Shown in pieces: positions 48,047 to 58,622 of a stretch of DNA of 64,000 nt. Origin of the DNA: Candidatus Poribacteria bacterium (GTDB lineage Bacteria > Poribacteria > WGA-4E > WGA-3G); NCBI GenBank assembly GCA_965242965.1, contig OZ251518.1, positions 4,096,001-4,160,000 of the forward strand, read 5' to 3'. A program made the position numbers and the translations under genes. The stretch's first letter is position 1, and each line of letters starts with the position of its first letter. The notes under the pieces are model-generated. The model was not told the origin of the DNA, did not search any database, and worked only from the letters and a program-made list of their open reading frames with translations.

Positions 48047-49396
48047 ATGCTAACGCATATCCGTATGAAAAACTTCAAATCGTGGAAAGACAGCGGCAAG
48101 GTGAAACTCGCGCCGCTGACCGGCTTTTTCGGCGCGAACAGTTCTGGCAAAAGCAGTCTCTTGCAAATGCTGTTGCTCCTGAAACAGACAATCGGCAGTG
48201 ATGAGGTGCTGTTCTTCGGCGACGAAAACTCACTTGTCAACCTCGGCAGTTTTGACGAAGTGATTCATCGCCATAACCGAGACGCGCGACTTGAGTTGGA
48301 ATTTGGCGGCAACCTTCGGGAACCGCGTCTCGTTGACATTCCTTTGGAAAAGGGACGATTGGACAAAACGGCGGTAGATGGCTTCACTTTCCACACGGTG
48401 CTCAGCGCGGGAAATGGGGAGCCTAAGATTCAAAACTTTCGCTATGTTTCCTCCACCGGCCGCCCGAAAATAATCTGGCATTTTCTCCAAAGCAAGGTAG
48501 AAGGAGGGAGAATAAGACGACTAGGCCATCAATTTTTCAACGGCAAGAACCTGGGACACGCCTATGTCCACAACTGCTACGGAGTGCCTGCACTGCGGCG
48601 GAATATACAATGGGATAGCAAATTCTTAGGACAATTCTCATCGCTCTTTAAGGCATTCTTTTCCGACCTCTATTATCTCGCCTCAACTCGGGCTGAGCCG
48701 CGGCGGCACGATCGGTGGGAAGGGGAGCATGCGATAGACGTTGGGAAACGGGGACATGATGTCATTAGCGCGCTCCTGTCCGCGCGCGTGAAACATCGGG
48801 GACAGAATGAGGAACGAATCTCCGCGTGGCTCCGAGAGATGAAATTAGCGCACTCATTTTCGCTTGAAAGTCAAGACGACGATGAGAAGAACTACGAAAT
48901 TCGCCTCCGCAAAAACGCAGAAAGCCCCGCGGTGCCGCTGGTTGACATGGGATACGGATTGTCCCAGTTTTTACCGGTGCTGGTGCTTTGCTATTACGTG
49001 CCGAAGGGCTCAACGCTGATTCTGGAACAGCCCGGTATCCATCTGCATCCGATGGTGCAGTCTCAACTTGCCGACTTGTTGATAGAGGTTGTCACCGAAC
49101 GCAACCTGCAGGTTATCGTGGAGAGCCACAGCGAGCATCTATTGGTGCGCCTGCAACGCCGCATCGCTGAAGGAGGAACAGGAGAAACAACAATTAGCAC
49201 AGACGAAATCGGGCTCTATTTTTGCCGCAACGATGAGGCAGAGGGAGTTTCTACGTTGGATCCGCTGGATGTAGACAAGGTGGGTAACATCCGAAACTGG
49301 CCGGAGAACTTTTTCGGCGACGTGATGGGTGACATGTTTGCGATAACTGACGCGCAAGCGAAACAACTGAAACGTCAGGAAGAAGGAGGGGATTGA
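48047..49396 (+). CDS. Soluble ABC-type ATPase (AAA_15/AAA_21-like) with DUF3696-like C-terminus
   Basis: NFKS, Walker A GANSSGKSS, signature MGYGLSQ, LILEQP..HLHP, ESHSEH, G.I.NWPENFF. Confidence 0.85.
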   Translation: MLTHIRMKNFKSWKDSGKVKLAPLTGFFGANSSGKSSLLQMLLLLKQTIGSDEVLFFGDENSLVNLGSFDEVIHRHNRDARLELEFGGNLREPRLVDIPLEKGRLDKTAVDGFTFHTVLSAGNGEPKIQNFRYVSSTGRPKIIWHFLQSKVEGGRIRRLGHQFFNGKNLGHAYVHNCYGVPALRRNIQWDSKFLGQFSSLFKAFFSDLYYLASTRAEPRRHDRWEGEHAIDVGKRGHDVISALLSARVKHRGQNEERISAWLREMKLAHSFSLESQDDDEKNYEIRLRKNAESPAVPLVDMGYGLSQFLPVLVLCYYVPKGSTLILEQPGIHLHPMVQSQLADLLIEVVTERNLQVIVESHSEHLLVRLQRRIAEGGTGETTISTDEIGLYFCRNDEAEGVSTLDPLDVDKVGNIRNWPENFFGDVMGDMFAITDAQAKQLKRQEEGGD

Positions 49397-49956
49397 TGGA
49401 GGCAGTTATCATTGATACGAACGTGCTCGTCGTTGCAAACACGGAGATCCGAGAGGATGAAAACGGTAGGCTCATCGCTGTAGGTATGGCAAATCACGCT
49501 ACACCGGCGTGTATCATCACCTGCCAAAATCGGTTGGATCAGATTCGCAGCGGCTCTACAAAGGTCGTGCTGGATGACAGCGAGCGTATCGTCGGAGAAT
49601 ACCGGCGAAAGATAGAACGTTCGCGGCACCGCCGATTGCAGCAAAATCGCGCTGGAGATCTGTTTTGGGCTTGGTTAATGCGGATTCAGTGGCGTGAAGA
49701 AAAGTGCACGATGGTGCATATCACCCCGCGGCAGGAAAACGGCACAGAGTTTGAAGAGTTTCCCGACGATACAGCGTTAAACGACTTTGACAAGGACGAC
49801 AGGAAATTCATCGCGGTGGCAATTGCTTATACGCGCGACACTCAGCAGACAGCCCCTATCTTGCAAGCGGTGGATACAAAATGGGAAGGCTTCATTGAGG
49901 CACTACAGCGGCACGGCGTGGAAGTTGAGCAGATCTGCAAACCTGAGCAAGCCTAG
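49396..49956 (+). CDS. PIN-like domain protein coupled to the ATPase
   Basis: IIDTNVLV N-terminal motif, GEY, DKDDRKFIAVA, AVD; TGATG stop/start overlap. Confidence 0.65.
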   Translation: MEAVIIDTNVLVVANTEIREDENGRLIAVGMANHATPACIITCQNRLDQIRSGSTKVVLDDSERIVGEYRRKIERSRHRRLQQNRAGDLFWAWLMRIQWREEKCTMVHITPRQENGTEFEEFPDDTALNDFDKDDRKFIAVAIAYTRDTQQTAPILQAVDTKWEGFIEALQRHGVEVEQICKPEQA

Positions 49957-49965
49957 TTCTTATTT

Positions 49966-50422
49966 CCGGGTGTTTCATATTTCGATTCGTTCGTTAGGAG
50001 AGCCCTCCTGGTCTCGATGTTCCCGTAGTGCGGGGGCCTGTCCCCCGCGAGTGTTGGGTTGCGCGAGCGATGGCGAGGGACAGGCCCTCGCCCTACGGTG
50101 AGGGGGCGTTTTTTTTTCGTAGTGCGGGGGCCTGTCCCCCGCGAGTGTTGGGTTGCGCGAGCGATGGCGAGGGACAGGCCCTCGCCCTACGGTGAGGGGG
50201 CGTTTTTTTTTCGTAGTGCGGGGGCCTGTCCCCCGCGAGTGTTGGGTTGCGCGAGCGATGGCGAGGGACAGGCCCTCGCCCTACGATGAAAGGGGGCTTT
50301 CTGCCGCCGCTGCCCCGGGCTATTGCATCGAGACCAGGAGGTCTCTCCTACCAAGAAGACGCGGGAGTCGCCCGATCTCCAACGGAGAATAAATACCGAA
50401 ACGGATTTATGAACACACCCTC
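49966..50422. mobile_element. MITE-like composite element with 8-bp target duplication
   Basis: TCTTATTT|CCGGGTGTTTCATA ... TTATGAACACACCCTC|TCTTATTT; internal 94-bp tandem of B/A doublets (about 3 copies). Confidence 0.8.
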
Positions 50423-50428
50423 TCTTAT

Positions 50429-51202
50429 TTACATCCCATCAACTGCCTTGAAAAAATCAGCATTTGATGCGCTGAAACCGAACTGCTGTTCTACCTCCCG
50501 AATGGCAATTTCAGTGGTGAACAACGTATCAAACGTGTCAGGAAATTCCACACCCGTTGTGGCATCTCGGAGGAGGACGATGTTGTAGCCATAACGCGCC
50601 ATTGAACGGATACCGTAGTCCCTGCCTAAAACGCACCAATTCGTCGCGAAACCCGCATAGAGCAGATGCAAGATGTGCTGTTCCTCCAGCAACGCATGCA
50701 ACTGTGTCCCAGCGGCGATGACAAAATCATCGGCTTGAACGTCGATTGCCGGAGAGACAGCGAGTTCCGGTTCAAGGCTATCCCAATGCACACCGATGCC
50801 CGGCGGTTGACTGCGAGGACCGCGGTAAACCTCGAAGTCGCCTTCGCGAGAACGAAACGCCTCGGGCGGCCACGCCGATGGCACAGACGATTCAGGCGGT
50901 TTATGTCGACTGAGCTGCGGATACTGCGCGGCTACTGGCGGCGAGGGTGCATGAACGATTGTGACACCGGCTCTCCGTGCCGCATCTATCACGGGAACAA
51001 CGCAGTCTACCGTTATCTGTTTTGCCCGTTCGATCCAACTTTCAATGAAATGCACGTTCCACAGATCTACCAAGACCAGGGCTGTTTGTGCAACAGGCAT
51101 CGGCATCTCAAATTCGCGACGGATGAATTGCGTCTCGCGGCACGGGATATTTGCCGGCGTGCTATCTTGAAAGTAGCGCACGCGTAAATTGAGTTTTTTC
51201 AT
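50429..51202 (-). CDS. Isochorismatase-like cysteine hydrolase
   Basis: TALVLVDLW, AGFATNWCV, LLRDAT. Confidence 0.8.
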   Translation of the reverse strand: MKKLNLRVRYFQDSTPANIPCRETQFIRREFEMPMPVAQTALVLVDLWNVHFIESWIERAKQITVDCVVPVIDAARRAGVTIVHAPSPPVAAQYPQLSRHKPPESSVPSAWPPEAFRSREGDFEVYRGPRSQPPGIGVHWDSLEPELAVSPAIDVQADDFVIAAGTQLHALLEEQHILHLLYAGFATNWCVLGRDYGIRSMARYGYNIVLLRDATTGVEFPDTFDTLFTTEIAIREVEQQFGFSASNADFFKAVDGM

Positions 51203-51211
51203 GAGTTGTGT

Positions 51212-51310
51212 GAGGGTGTTTCATAAATCCGTTTCGGTATTTATCCCGCCACCAAAACGCATGGCGAGGGACAGGCCCTCGCCCTACGTGAAGGGGCGGC
51301 GTTTTTTTCA
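51212..51310. repeat. Solo TIR end plus A hairpin
   Basis: GAGGGTGTTTCATAAATCCGTTTCGGTATTTATCCCGCC is a near-exact reverse complement of the right ends at 6663-6701 and 43524-43563. Confidence 0.8.
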
Positions 51311-51325
51311 CCGCACGCTGTTCAC

Positions 51326-53563
51326 CTATTCCTGAAACAGCGAGGCATCTAACGCTGCATTCAACGTTACCTGCGAGATCCAACTCTCCGTGAAGAGCTC
51401 TCCATCAACATTTTGGACAACATGATGCGTCACCTGGATACCATCGACATCCCGATAATCGTCAAAAAACGTTTCCCGATTCGCGGTAACGCCTTGCGAC
51501 ATCTCGCGGAAACCCATCTTCACAACGTAGTGCGTTTCCTCGCTAATGAAGATACGAAGGAGCTCCCCCGAAGGCTGTGTGACAAGCAACACTGCCGCCG
51601 GCGTTCCCCCTACATCTTCTGTCCCAGCGTATTGCACCGGGATATCGTTCAGCGTGAGGTTTGTCAGTAGCCAGATCGTCTCACGAAAAACGCCGTCCCT
51701 ATAGGTGTTCACCGCCTCAGGTGGCAGCGGTTGCACCCCCATCTGGCTCTTCATAACCGCAGTTTCGCCATCGAAAATCTGACTCATCTCGCCTACCTGT
51801 GGGATAGACGCGTCTTGGCGGAATTTGTCCGGATAGAGATAATACGACGTGCCTTCGATCTGCATCGGGCCGTTCGGCGTATTGGCGGCAGTCTTGCCTT
51901 TCAACACGATGTTTTTCACCGCCTGCAGCTTCTCGATTCCGCCGTGTGCTTCAACGGCTGCGGCGAGAATCTCCTTTGCCATTGCGATGTCCGCCTCGCT
52001 CGCCTCAGGCATCGGTTCCGCGGGTGGCGGCGCAGGACGCGCTATCTCAATCTCATTTACCTCGCCGAATTCGCTCAACGGCCGGTCAAAAATGTCCTTA
52101 TTGCCGACGGTGACGATAGTGAGTGCATCCGGATGGAGATATTTCTGTGCAACTTCCTGCACGTCTTCCGCCGTTACCTTTGCGATGTTATCACTGAATG
52201 TCTCAAGAAAATCGGGTGCGTAACCGCGAAATGCCAGCATCATCTGCTGAAAAGCGATCTGGCTGCTGCTATCAAACTGAAAAACGAACGAATTGGTGAG
52301 CGAATCCTTTGTCCGCTGCAACTCGTCTTCCGGGACCTGTGTATCCCGCAAATCGCTGACGATGTCAATAATGAGCGCGATTGCCTCGGCGGTTTTATCT
52401 GCGCGCGTCTGCGAATACGCAAACCACTCACCCGGGTTCGTGTAATAACTCGTCTGCATCAAACTGCCCACCATATAGGCGAGTCCGTGTTTCTCGCGCA
52501 CCTCCCGCATCAGCCGTGACGTAAACCCGCCTTCACCGAGGATCTCGTTCATGACACGGAGCGCGAAGTAGTCCGGAAAATCAGGCGTGCGCTTGATACC
52601 GAAATGCCCGATTAACATCGTCGTCTGATTTAGCTCCTTGAAAATATAGTTGACAGACGGCTCCGGCGCGTTTTCTACCGACGGCACGGCAGGAAACTCA
52701 ATCACCGAGTTTTCCCATCCCGCAAACACCGTTTCCAATTGCGCGATGAGCGTCTCTGTCTCAAAATCGCCGGTAATCGCGAGGCTGATGTTGTCGGGTT
52801 GATAGTATTTCGCATGGAACGCCTGAAGATCAGCGACAGTGATGCTCTCCACGCCTTCAATCTCGGAATACCGACCAAACGGATGCGATTTCCCGTAAAG
52901 CAGTGCGGAGAAATTGCGCCACGCTAACTGAATAGGATTGTCGTTTCTGCGACGGATGGACTCGATTGCCTGCTGTTTGCGGAGTTCCAGTTTATCCTCC
53001 CGAAACGCCGGATGCATCAGCACATCGGCAAAGATTTCCAACCCCTTTTCAATATCCTCGGCGAGGGTTGAGAGACTCATCCCGCCATATTCCGCGGACA
53101 TGCTGATTTCAACGGCGGCGGCCATCGATTCCAATTCCTCGTTGAGTGCATCGGGCTCGCGCGAGACGGTGCCGCCGGTGCGCATCACGCTGGCGAAGAT
53201 GGATGCTAATCCCACCTTATCCCCCGGTTCATAGATGCTGCCTGTCTTAATCAATCCGTTGATGTTGAAGAGCGGCAACTCCCGGTCCTCCAGCAAATAG
53301 AGTTTCATCCCGTTTGACAACTCGCGCTGTTCCGGGACAGGCGGTTTGAATTGGATGGGTTCAAACGTGAGTTCTTCGTGCGGTTTCGCTATTGTCGGCA
53401 GGGTTACGCACAGCATCGCCAAGGCAATGAGCATCGCGATGCTCAACCACTTTCGGTACAGCGAGGGCCACTTTCGGTACAGCGAGGGCCACTTTCGGCA
53501 CAGCGAGGGAAAGACACTCGCACTACGGGTTAAGGTAGTCGATATGACACGTTGATTTTTCAT
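51326..53563 (-). CDS. M16B peptidase non-catalytic subunit with extra C-terminal beta-rich domain
   Basis: LSNGMKLYLLEDRELP, no HxxEH, GGFTSRLM.EVREK.GLAY; ~230-aa extension from AVEAHGG onward. Confidence 0.85.
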   Translation of the reverse strand: MKNQRVISTTLTRSASVFPSLCRKWPSLYRKWPSLYRKWLSIAMLIALAMLCVTLPTIAKPHEELTFEPIQFKPPVPEQRELSNGMKLYLLEDRELPLFNINGLIKTGSIYEPGDKVGLASIFASVMRTGGTVSREPDALNEELESMAAAVEISMSAEYGGMSLSTLAEDIEKGLEIFADVLMHPAFREDKLELRKQQAIESIRRRNDNPIQLAWRNFSALLYGKSHPFGRYSEIEGVESITVADLQAFHAKYYQPDNISLAITGDFETETLIAQLETVFAGWENSVIEFPAVPSVENAPEPSVNYIFKELNQTTMLIGHFGIKRTPDFPDYFALRVMNEILGEGGFTSRLMREVREKHGLAYMVGSLMQTSYYTNPGEWFAYSQTRADKTAEAIALIIDIVSDLRDTQVPEDELQRTKDSLTNSFVFQFDSSSQIAFQQMMLAFRGYAPDFLETFSDNIAKVTAEDVQEVAQKYLHPDALTIVTVGNKDIFDRPLSEFGEVNEIEIARPAPPPAEPMPEASEADIAMAKEILAAAVEAHGGIEKLQAVKNIVLKGKTAANTPNGPMQIEGTSYYLYPDKFRQDASIPQVGEMSQIFDGETAVMKSQMGVQPLPPEAVNTYRDGVFRETIWLLTNLTLNDIPVQYAGTEDVGGTPAAVLLVTQPSGELLRIFISEETHYVVKMGFREMSQGVTANRETFFDDYRDVDGIQVTHHVVQNVDGELFTESWISQVTLNAALDASLFQE
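53447..53509. repeat. 21-bp tandem repeat x3 in the signal-peptide region
   Basis: CCACTTTCGG(T/C)ACAGCGAGGG, encoding PSL(C/Y)RKW. Confidence 0.95.
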
Positions 53564-55062
53564 TCGGTATCCTCCTTATCGGGAGTCTTCTTAATCAGGG
53601 TGGCGACAGTCCTGTTGCTTTTCGTAAAATAGGTTTCCGCCGCTTTCATGATGTCTTCCGGCGTGATTTGATACATTTTTTCGCGCCAATCGAGGATATA
53701 CTCCCAGTTACCGGCGATGCCTTCATAGAAGGCTAACTGCCGCGCCATGCCCGTGTTTGAGCTAAGGTTACGGATGAAGCCGGCATCAACCTGCTTCAGA
53801 ATCCGTTTAAATTCCTTGTCCGCCACCGGTTCCGTCTTTAGTCGTTCTAACTCCGCGTAAATTGCCGCTTCAACGTCAGCCGTTGTGTTGGGCGAACGCG
53901 GGGTGGCATCAATCACAAAGAGATTGTCGTAGCGCGCGCCGGGGTAGCCGTTACTGGCATCGACAGAAACCGCTATTCCCTTTTCGACGATGTTTTTGTA
54001 AAACCGCGAGGTGCGGCCATCTGCCAGAATCGCGCTAATCATGTCCAGCACATAATCGTCAAAATGCGGGATAGTGGGTTTATGATACCCGAGCATGAGT
54101 TGCGGTTCCGCGTCAAATTCCACTTCGATGCGGCGTTCGCCTTCCTGCGGCGGTTCGTCTACCGTCACTGCCGCGGGCAGCGGTTGCGAGGGGATGTCCC
54201 CGAAATACTTGTCGATGAGTTGTATGGTATCCTCAACGTTAATATCGCCGACGATTACCATCACGGAGTTATTGGGCGCGTAGTGGATGCGGAAGAATTC
54301 CGCCGCTTTCCGGCGATTGAGCATCGCAATGTCCGAGGGCCACCCGATAATCGGCATACCGTAAGGGTGCGCGGTGAAAGCGGCGGCGATGAACTGTTCA
54401 TAAAGTTTACCGCCCGGGTCGGTATCTACGCGCATTCGGCGTTCTTCTTTGACTGCCTCGCGTTCCACATAAAACTCGCGCAAAACGGCGTTTTTCAGCC
54501 GGTCTGCCTCCAACATCGCCCACAACTCCAACTTGTTAGAGGGCAATGCCACGGTGTAAATCGTATAGTCCACGGAGGTGCCGACGTTGAAGCCGGTGCT
54601 GCCGTGTTGCGTGTAAATTTCGGTATATTCGCCGGTGACAATCCACGCTTTGGCGGCTTCTTGCTGCGCTTTGAGTTCCGCCGCCAATTCGGCGATTTTT
54701 TCGGCATCGGCGCGATTGCCCTTGGCGCGCTCCATGTCAAGCGCGTCGCCTATCCGGTCGATCTCCGCCAAAACCGCCTTCTCCTGTTCATAGTCTTTGG
54801 TGCCGATAGTTTTCGTGCCTTTGAACAGCATGTGCTCTAACATGTGCGCGATGCCGCGTGCGTCGTCAGACTCGTCTACGGAACCGGCTTTAAACAGGAT
54901 ATACGGCGCAACCGTCGGCGAGGTGTGCCGTTCTATCATGAGCAGTTTCAATCCGTTCGGGAAGGTATGTTCTACCACCCGGTCTGCCAGATTTTGTGCG
55001 GAGGCAACCCCGTGCAAAATCATCAGCACGAGGAGCATCAGCCATCGACTGACGTGTTTCAT
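53560..55062 (-). CDS. M16B zinc peptidase catalytic subunit (pitrilysin family)
   Basis: GIAHMLEHMLFKGT (HxxEH), EERRMR, HPYG.PIIG, YAPNN; ATGA overlap with the partner gene. Confidence 0.93.
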   Translation of the reverse strand: MKHVSRWLMLLVLMILHGVASAQNLADRVVEHTFPNGLKLLMIERHTSPTVAPYILFKAGSVDESDDARGIAHMLEHMLFKGTKTIGTKDYEQEKAVLAEIDRIGDALDMERAKGNRADAEKIAELAAELKAQQEAAKAWIVTGEYTEIYTQHGSTGFNVGTSVDYTIYTVALPSNKLELWAMLEADRLKNAVLREFYVEREAVKEERRMRVDTDPGGKLYEQFIAAAFTAHPYGMPIIGWPSDIAMLNRRKAAEFFRIHYAPNNSVMVIVGDINVEDTIQLIDKYFGDIPSQPLPAAVTVDEPPQEGERRIEVEFDAEPQLMLGYHKPTIPHFDDYVLDMISAILADGRTSRFYKNIVEKGIAVSVDASNGYPGARYDNLFVIDATPRSPNTTADVEAAIYAELERLKTEPVADKEFKRILKQVDAGFIRNLSSNTGMARQLAFYEGIAGNWEYILDWREKMYQITPEDIMKAAETYFTKSNRTVATLIKKTPDKEDTE

Positions 55063-55074
55063 TTTTCACTCCTT

Positions 55075-55532
55075 GTATAATCTCACGTAATGGAACGTAG
55101 GGCGGGGGCCTGTCCCCCGCCGTGCTACGATCGCGAGGGACAGGCCCTCGCACTACGAGCTTGGAACGTATTATCCCGTCCTTGGAACGTATTATCCCGT
55201 CCTTGGAACGTATTATCCCGTCCTTGGAACGTAGGGCGGGGGCCTGTCCCCCGCCGTGTTACGATCGCGTATAATCTCACGTAATGGAACGTAGGGCGGG
55301 GGCCTGTCCCCCGCCATGTTACGATCGCGAGGGACAGGCCCTCGCGCTACGGGCCCTGGAGGGAACTTGTCCTCCAACGTTTACGATCGCGAGGGACAGG
55401 CCCTCGCGCTACGGGCCCTGGAGGGAACTTGTCCTCCAACGTTCACGATCGCGAGGGACAGGCCCTCGCGCTACGGGCCGCGGGGGTGTTCGTCCGCGCG
55501 GCGATTCGCGAGGGACAGGCCCTCGCACTACG
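55075..55532. repeat. REP cluster with local tandem duplications
   Basis: GTATAATCTCACGTAATGGAAC+REP duplicated at 55075 and 55269; 21-bp CTTGGAACGTATTATCCCGTC x3; ~62-bp tandem. Confidence 0.9.
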
Positions 55533-55580
55533 GGCGAGAGGCGGCGCGCTTTACAAGCGCGCCCACCAATAATAAGCCGC

Positions 55581-55838
55581 TTACTCTTTCGCCAGATCGC
55601 CGAGCAACCCGACGAGGGCAAATCGGACATGCGACGAGAGCGCGGAATTCTCCGCGCGAAGGTCCGCGCCTTCCTCGTCCGGATACATCACGTGTTGTGC
55701 CACAGCGCGTTTGACCCACCGTTCTGCCCGGTCATCGTAAGGGACATACTTCTCTTTCGGTGCCGTGCAAGCCGGGCACTCATCAGGCGGGCTATCCGCT
55801 TCTTTCCACAGATACCCGCAGGCTATACAAACAAACAT
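55581..55838 (-). CDS. Small rubredoxin-like protein
   Basis: CIACGY...PPDECPAC.APK; SD AGAGGA. Confidence 0.7.
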   Translation of the reverse strand: MFVCIACGYLWKEADSPPDECPACTAPKEKYVPYDDRAERWVKRAVAQHVMYPDEEGADLRAENSALSSHVRFALVGLLGDLAKE

Positions 55839-55920
55839 TGCGAATTCCTCTCTTTTGAAAAAATTATGAGTGTTTCTATTCTAGCAAATTTTCTATTGCA
55901 ATGCAAGGTTTAATTTATTT

Positions 55921-56595
55921 GCGGGTGTTTCATAAAGCGTTCAACGTCGCGGGGGACAGGCTCCCGCGCTACGGCGAGAAAAAACGCCTCTCCTTCACGT
56001 AGGGCGTGGGCCCTCGCATGCCACACGCGCCGGCGAGGTTTCCCTCGCCATCGTCGGCGCACTCCAACGATCGCGGGGGACAGGCCCCCGCGCTACGATA
56101 AAAAAAACGGTACTTCACCGTAGGGCGAGGGCCTGTCCCTCGCCACCGTTCGCGAGCCAGGCCCTGTAGGGCAGGATCGTCTGAAGCTCTGGCATAATTG
56201 CCAAGCGATCCTGACCTGTTTGTGATCAGGCGATCACAAACTACAGAGGGAGCGCGAAAATCCCTCTTCATCGTAGGGCGAGGGCCTGTCCCTCGCCATG
56301 CCTCGCGCTACGGAAAAACGTCTCTAAGGTCCGTAGGACCTTAATGTCTATAGCACTCGGCGACGTGAAGAGATTTAAGGTCCTTTAGGTCTTAATAGTT
56401 TTTGACATGCGGCGAGTTTTTTTATTAAGGACCTAAAGGACCTTGACATGGGACCGGCACGTTTTTCTATAGACATGTAGGTCCTAAAGGACCTAAAACG
56501 CCATCTCTTGACGATGGCGATCGCGGGGGACAGGCCCCCGCGCTACGAGAACATCGAGACCGGGAGGTCTCTCCTACCCGAAGAAATCAAGACCA
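55921..56595. repeat. REP cluster opened by a GGGTGTTTCATAA end, with AGGACCT module (56327-56494)
   Basis: Same modules as the 540-1215 cluster. Confidence 0.95.
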
Positions 56596-56606
56596 GTTCG
56601 CAGCTT

Positions 56607-58622
56607 TCATCGTGTCTTCAGTTCAGCAATTTGATCGCGGAAGTCGGCGGCCTGCTCAAAATCCAGGTCCAACGCAGCCTTGTGCATCTGCCGCGTTAAA
56701 TCGGCGATGATCGCCTGAACGTCTTCACGTTTGGAATCCTCTGGAACAACAACCCGTTTCGCAGGCTTCGTCGTCTCGTATTCCGCTGACGATTCGGCGA
56801 TGAGCTCCTGAATAGCCTTTTCGATTGTCGCGGGCGTGATGTTGTGTTCGGTGTTATATTTCATCTGCGCCTCGCGTCGCCGGCGCGTCTCCCGCATCGC
56901 TTCAGCCATCGCATCCGTGATGGTATCGCCATATAGGATCACCTCGCCATCAACGTTCCGCGCCGCGCGTCCCGATGTCTGCACCAATGATCGAACCGAC
57001 CTGAGGAACCCGGGCCGGTCTGCGTCTAAAATCGCGACAAGGGAGACTTCCGGCAGGTCCAACCCCTCGCGCAGCAGGTTGATGCCGACAAGCACATCAA
57101 ACACGCCTTCGCGCAGTTCGCGGAGAATGCGCGCCCGGTCAAACACGTCAACTTCGGCGTGCATGTAATTCGCACGGATGCCTGCCTCCGTGAAATACTC
57201 CGTTAAATCCTCCGCCATCCGTTTCGTCAGAGTTGTGACGAGGACGCGCTGTTTCCGCGTCACGCGCTCGCGAATCTTGCCCATGAGATGGTCGATCTGG
57301 TTTTTCACGGGATGGACAGCAATCTCCGGATCGATGAGGCCTGTCGGGCGGATCAGCTGCTCGGCAATCTGGGTGCTGTTTTCCAATTCATAAGGCCCCG
57401 GCGTTGCCGAGACAAAAACGACTTGGTTGACATGCGCCTCAACCTCTTCAAACCGAAGCGGACGGTTATCCAACGCCGATGGCAATCGAAACCCGTAATT
57501 GACGAGCGTCTCCTTTCTCGACCGGTCACCGCGATACATCCCGCGCAGTTGTGGGATAGTCACGTGCGATTCGTCCACAAAAAAGAGGAAATCGTCAGGG
57601 AAATAGTGGAGGAGGCAGTAAGGCGGTTCTCCCGGTTGCAACCCGGAGAGATGCCGCGAATAATTTTCAATGCCTGAGCAGTAGCCCACCTCCCGCAACA
57701 TCTCCAGATCGAAGCGGGTGCGCTGTTCGATGCGCTGCGCCTCTAGCAGTTTGTTCATCTTCTTGAACTCAATGATGCGTTCTTGGAGTTCAAGTTCGAT
57801 GTTAATGAGTGCCTCGTCAAAGATTTCGGCATCTGTCATGAAGTGCTTCGCGGGGTAGATTTCCAGACTTTCCGGTTTTCCCAGCACTTCGCCTGTCGTG
57901 GTGTCAATTTCGGCGATTCTGTCGATTTCGTCGCCAAACAATTCAATGCGATAGGCGTTTTCGGAATACGCCGGAAACACCTCAATCACGTCGCCGCGCG
58001 CGCGGAATGTGCCTTGCCAAAAGTCAACATCGTTGCGAGTATATTGAATGCTGACTAAATCACGAAGCAATCTATCGCGGCGGACAACCTGTCCAATCTC
58101 AACGTCAACCTTCTGTCCTTCAAATTCATCGGGGGAGCCGAGGCCATAGAGGCACGAGACACTGGCGACGACGATGACATCGCGCCGCGAGATTAAGGAG
58201 GCACTCGCAGCGAGGCGCATCCGCGTGATCTCCTCGTTAATCCGCACATCCTTCTCAATATAGGTATCGGTAGAGGGGATGTATGCCTCCGGTTGATAAT
58301 ACTCGTAATCGCTGACGAAGTAGTGAACGGCGTTGTTTGGGAAGAACGTCCGGAACTCGTTGTAAAGTTGCGCGGCGAGCGTCTTATTCGGTGAAATGAC
58401 GAGGGTGGGACGCTGGACGTTCTCGATGAGATTTGCCATCGTATAGGTTTTGCCGGAGCCTGTCACGCCGAGGAGTGTCTGTGCTTTATCGCCTCGGCGG
58501 AGTCCTTCGGAGAGTTGCGCGATGGCTTGTGGCTGGTCTCCTTGCGGCGTGAAGTCAGATATTAATTCAAAACGTTGCATTTCGCCGCTATGTTTGATGA
58601 TGCGCTTGATTTTTTCTCGCAT
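56607..58622 (-). CDS. uvrB: Excinuclease ABC subunit B
   Basis: GDQPQAI, LLGVTGSGKT, YYQPEAY, DESHVT, GINLLREGLDLPEV, GRAARN, C-terminal UVR coil. Confidence 0.98.
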   Translation of the reverse strand: MREKIKRIIKHSGEMQRFELISDFTPQGDQPQAIAQLSEGLRRGDKAQTLLGVTGSGKTYTMANLIENVQRPTLVISPNKTLAAQLYNEFRTFFPNNAVHYFVSDYEYYQPEAYIPSTDTYIEKDVRINEEITRMRLAASASLISRRDVIVVASVSCLYGLGSPDEFEGQKVDVEIGQVVRRDRLLRDLVSIQYTRNDVDFWQGTFRARGDVIEVFPAYSENAYRIELFGDEIDRIAEIDTTTGEVLGKPESLEIYPAKHFMTDAEIFDEALINIELELQERIIEFKKMNKLLEAQRIEQRTRFDLEMLREVGYCSGIENYSRHLSGLQPGEPPYCLLHYFPDDFLFFVDESHVTIPQLRGMYRGDRSRKETLVNYGFRLPSALDNRPLRFEEVEAHVNQVVFVSATPGPYELENSTQIAEQLIRPTGLIDPEIAVHPVKNQIDHLMGKIRERVTRKQRVLVTTLTKRMAEDLTEYFTEAGIRANYMHAEVDVFDRARILRELREGVFDVLVGINLLREGLDLPEVSLVAILDADRPGFLRSVRSLVQTSGRAARNVDGEVILYGDTITDAMAEAMRETRRRREAQMKYNTEHNITPATIEKAIQELIAESSAEYETTKPAKRVVVPEDSKREDVQAIIADLTRQMHKAALDLDFEQAADFRDQIAELKTR

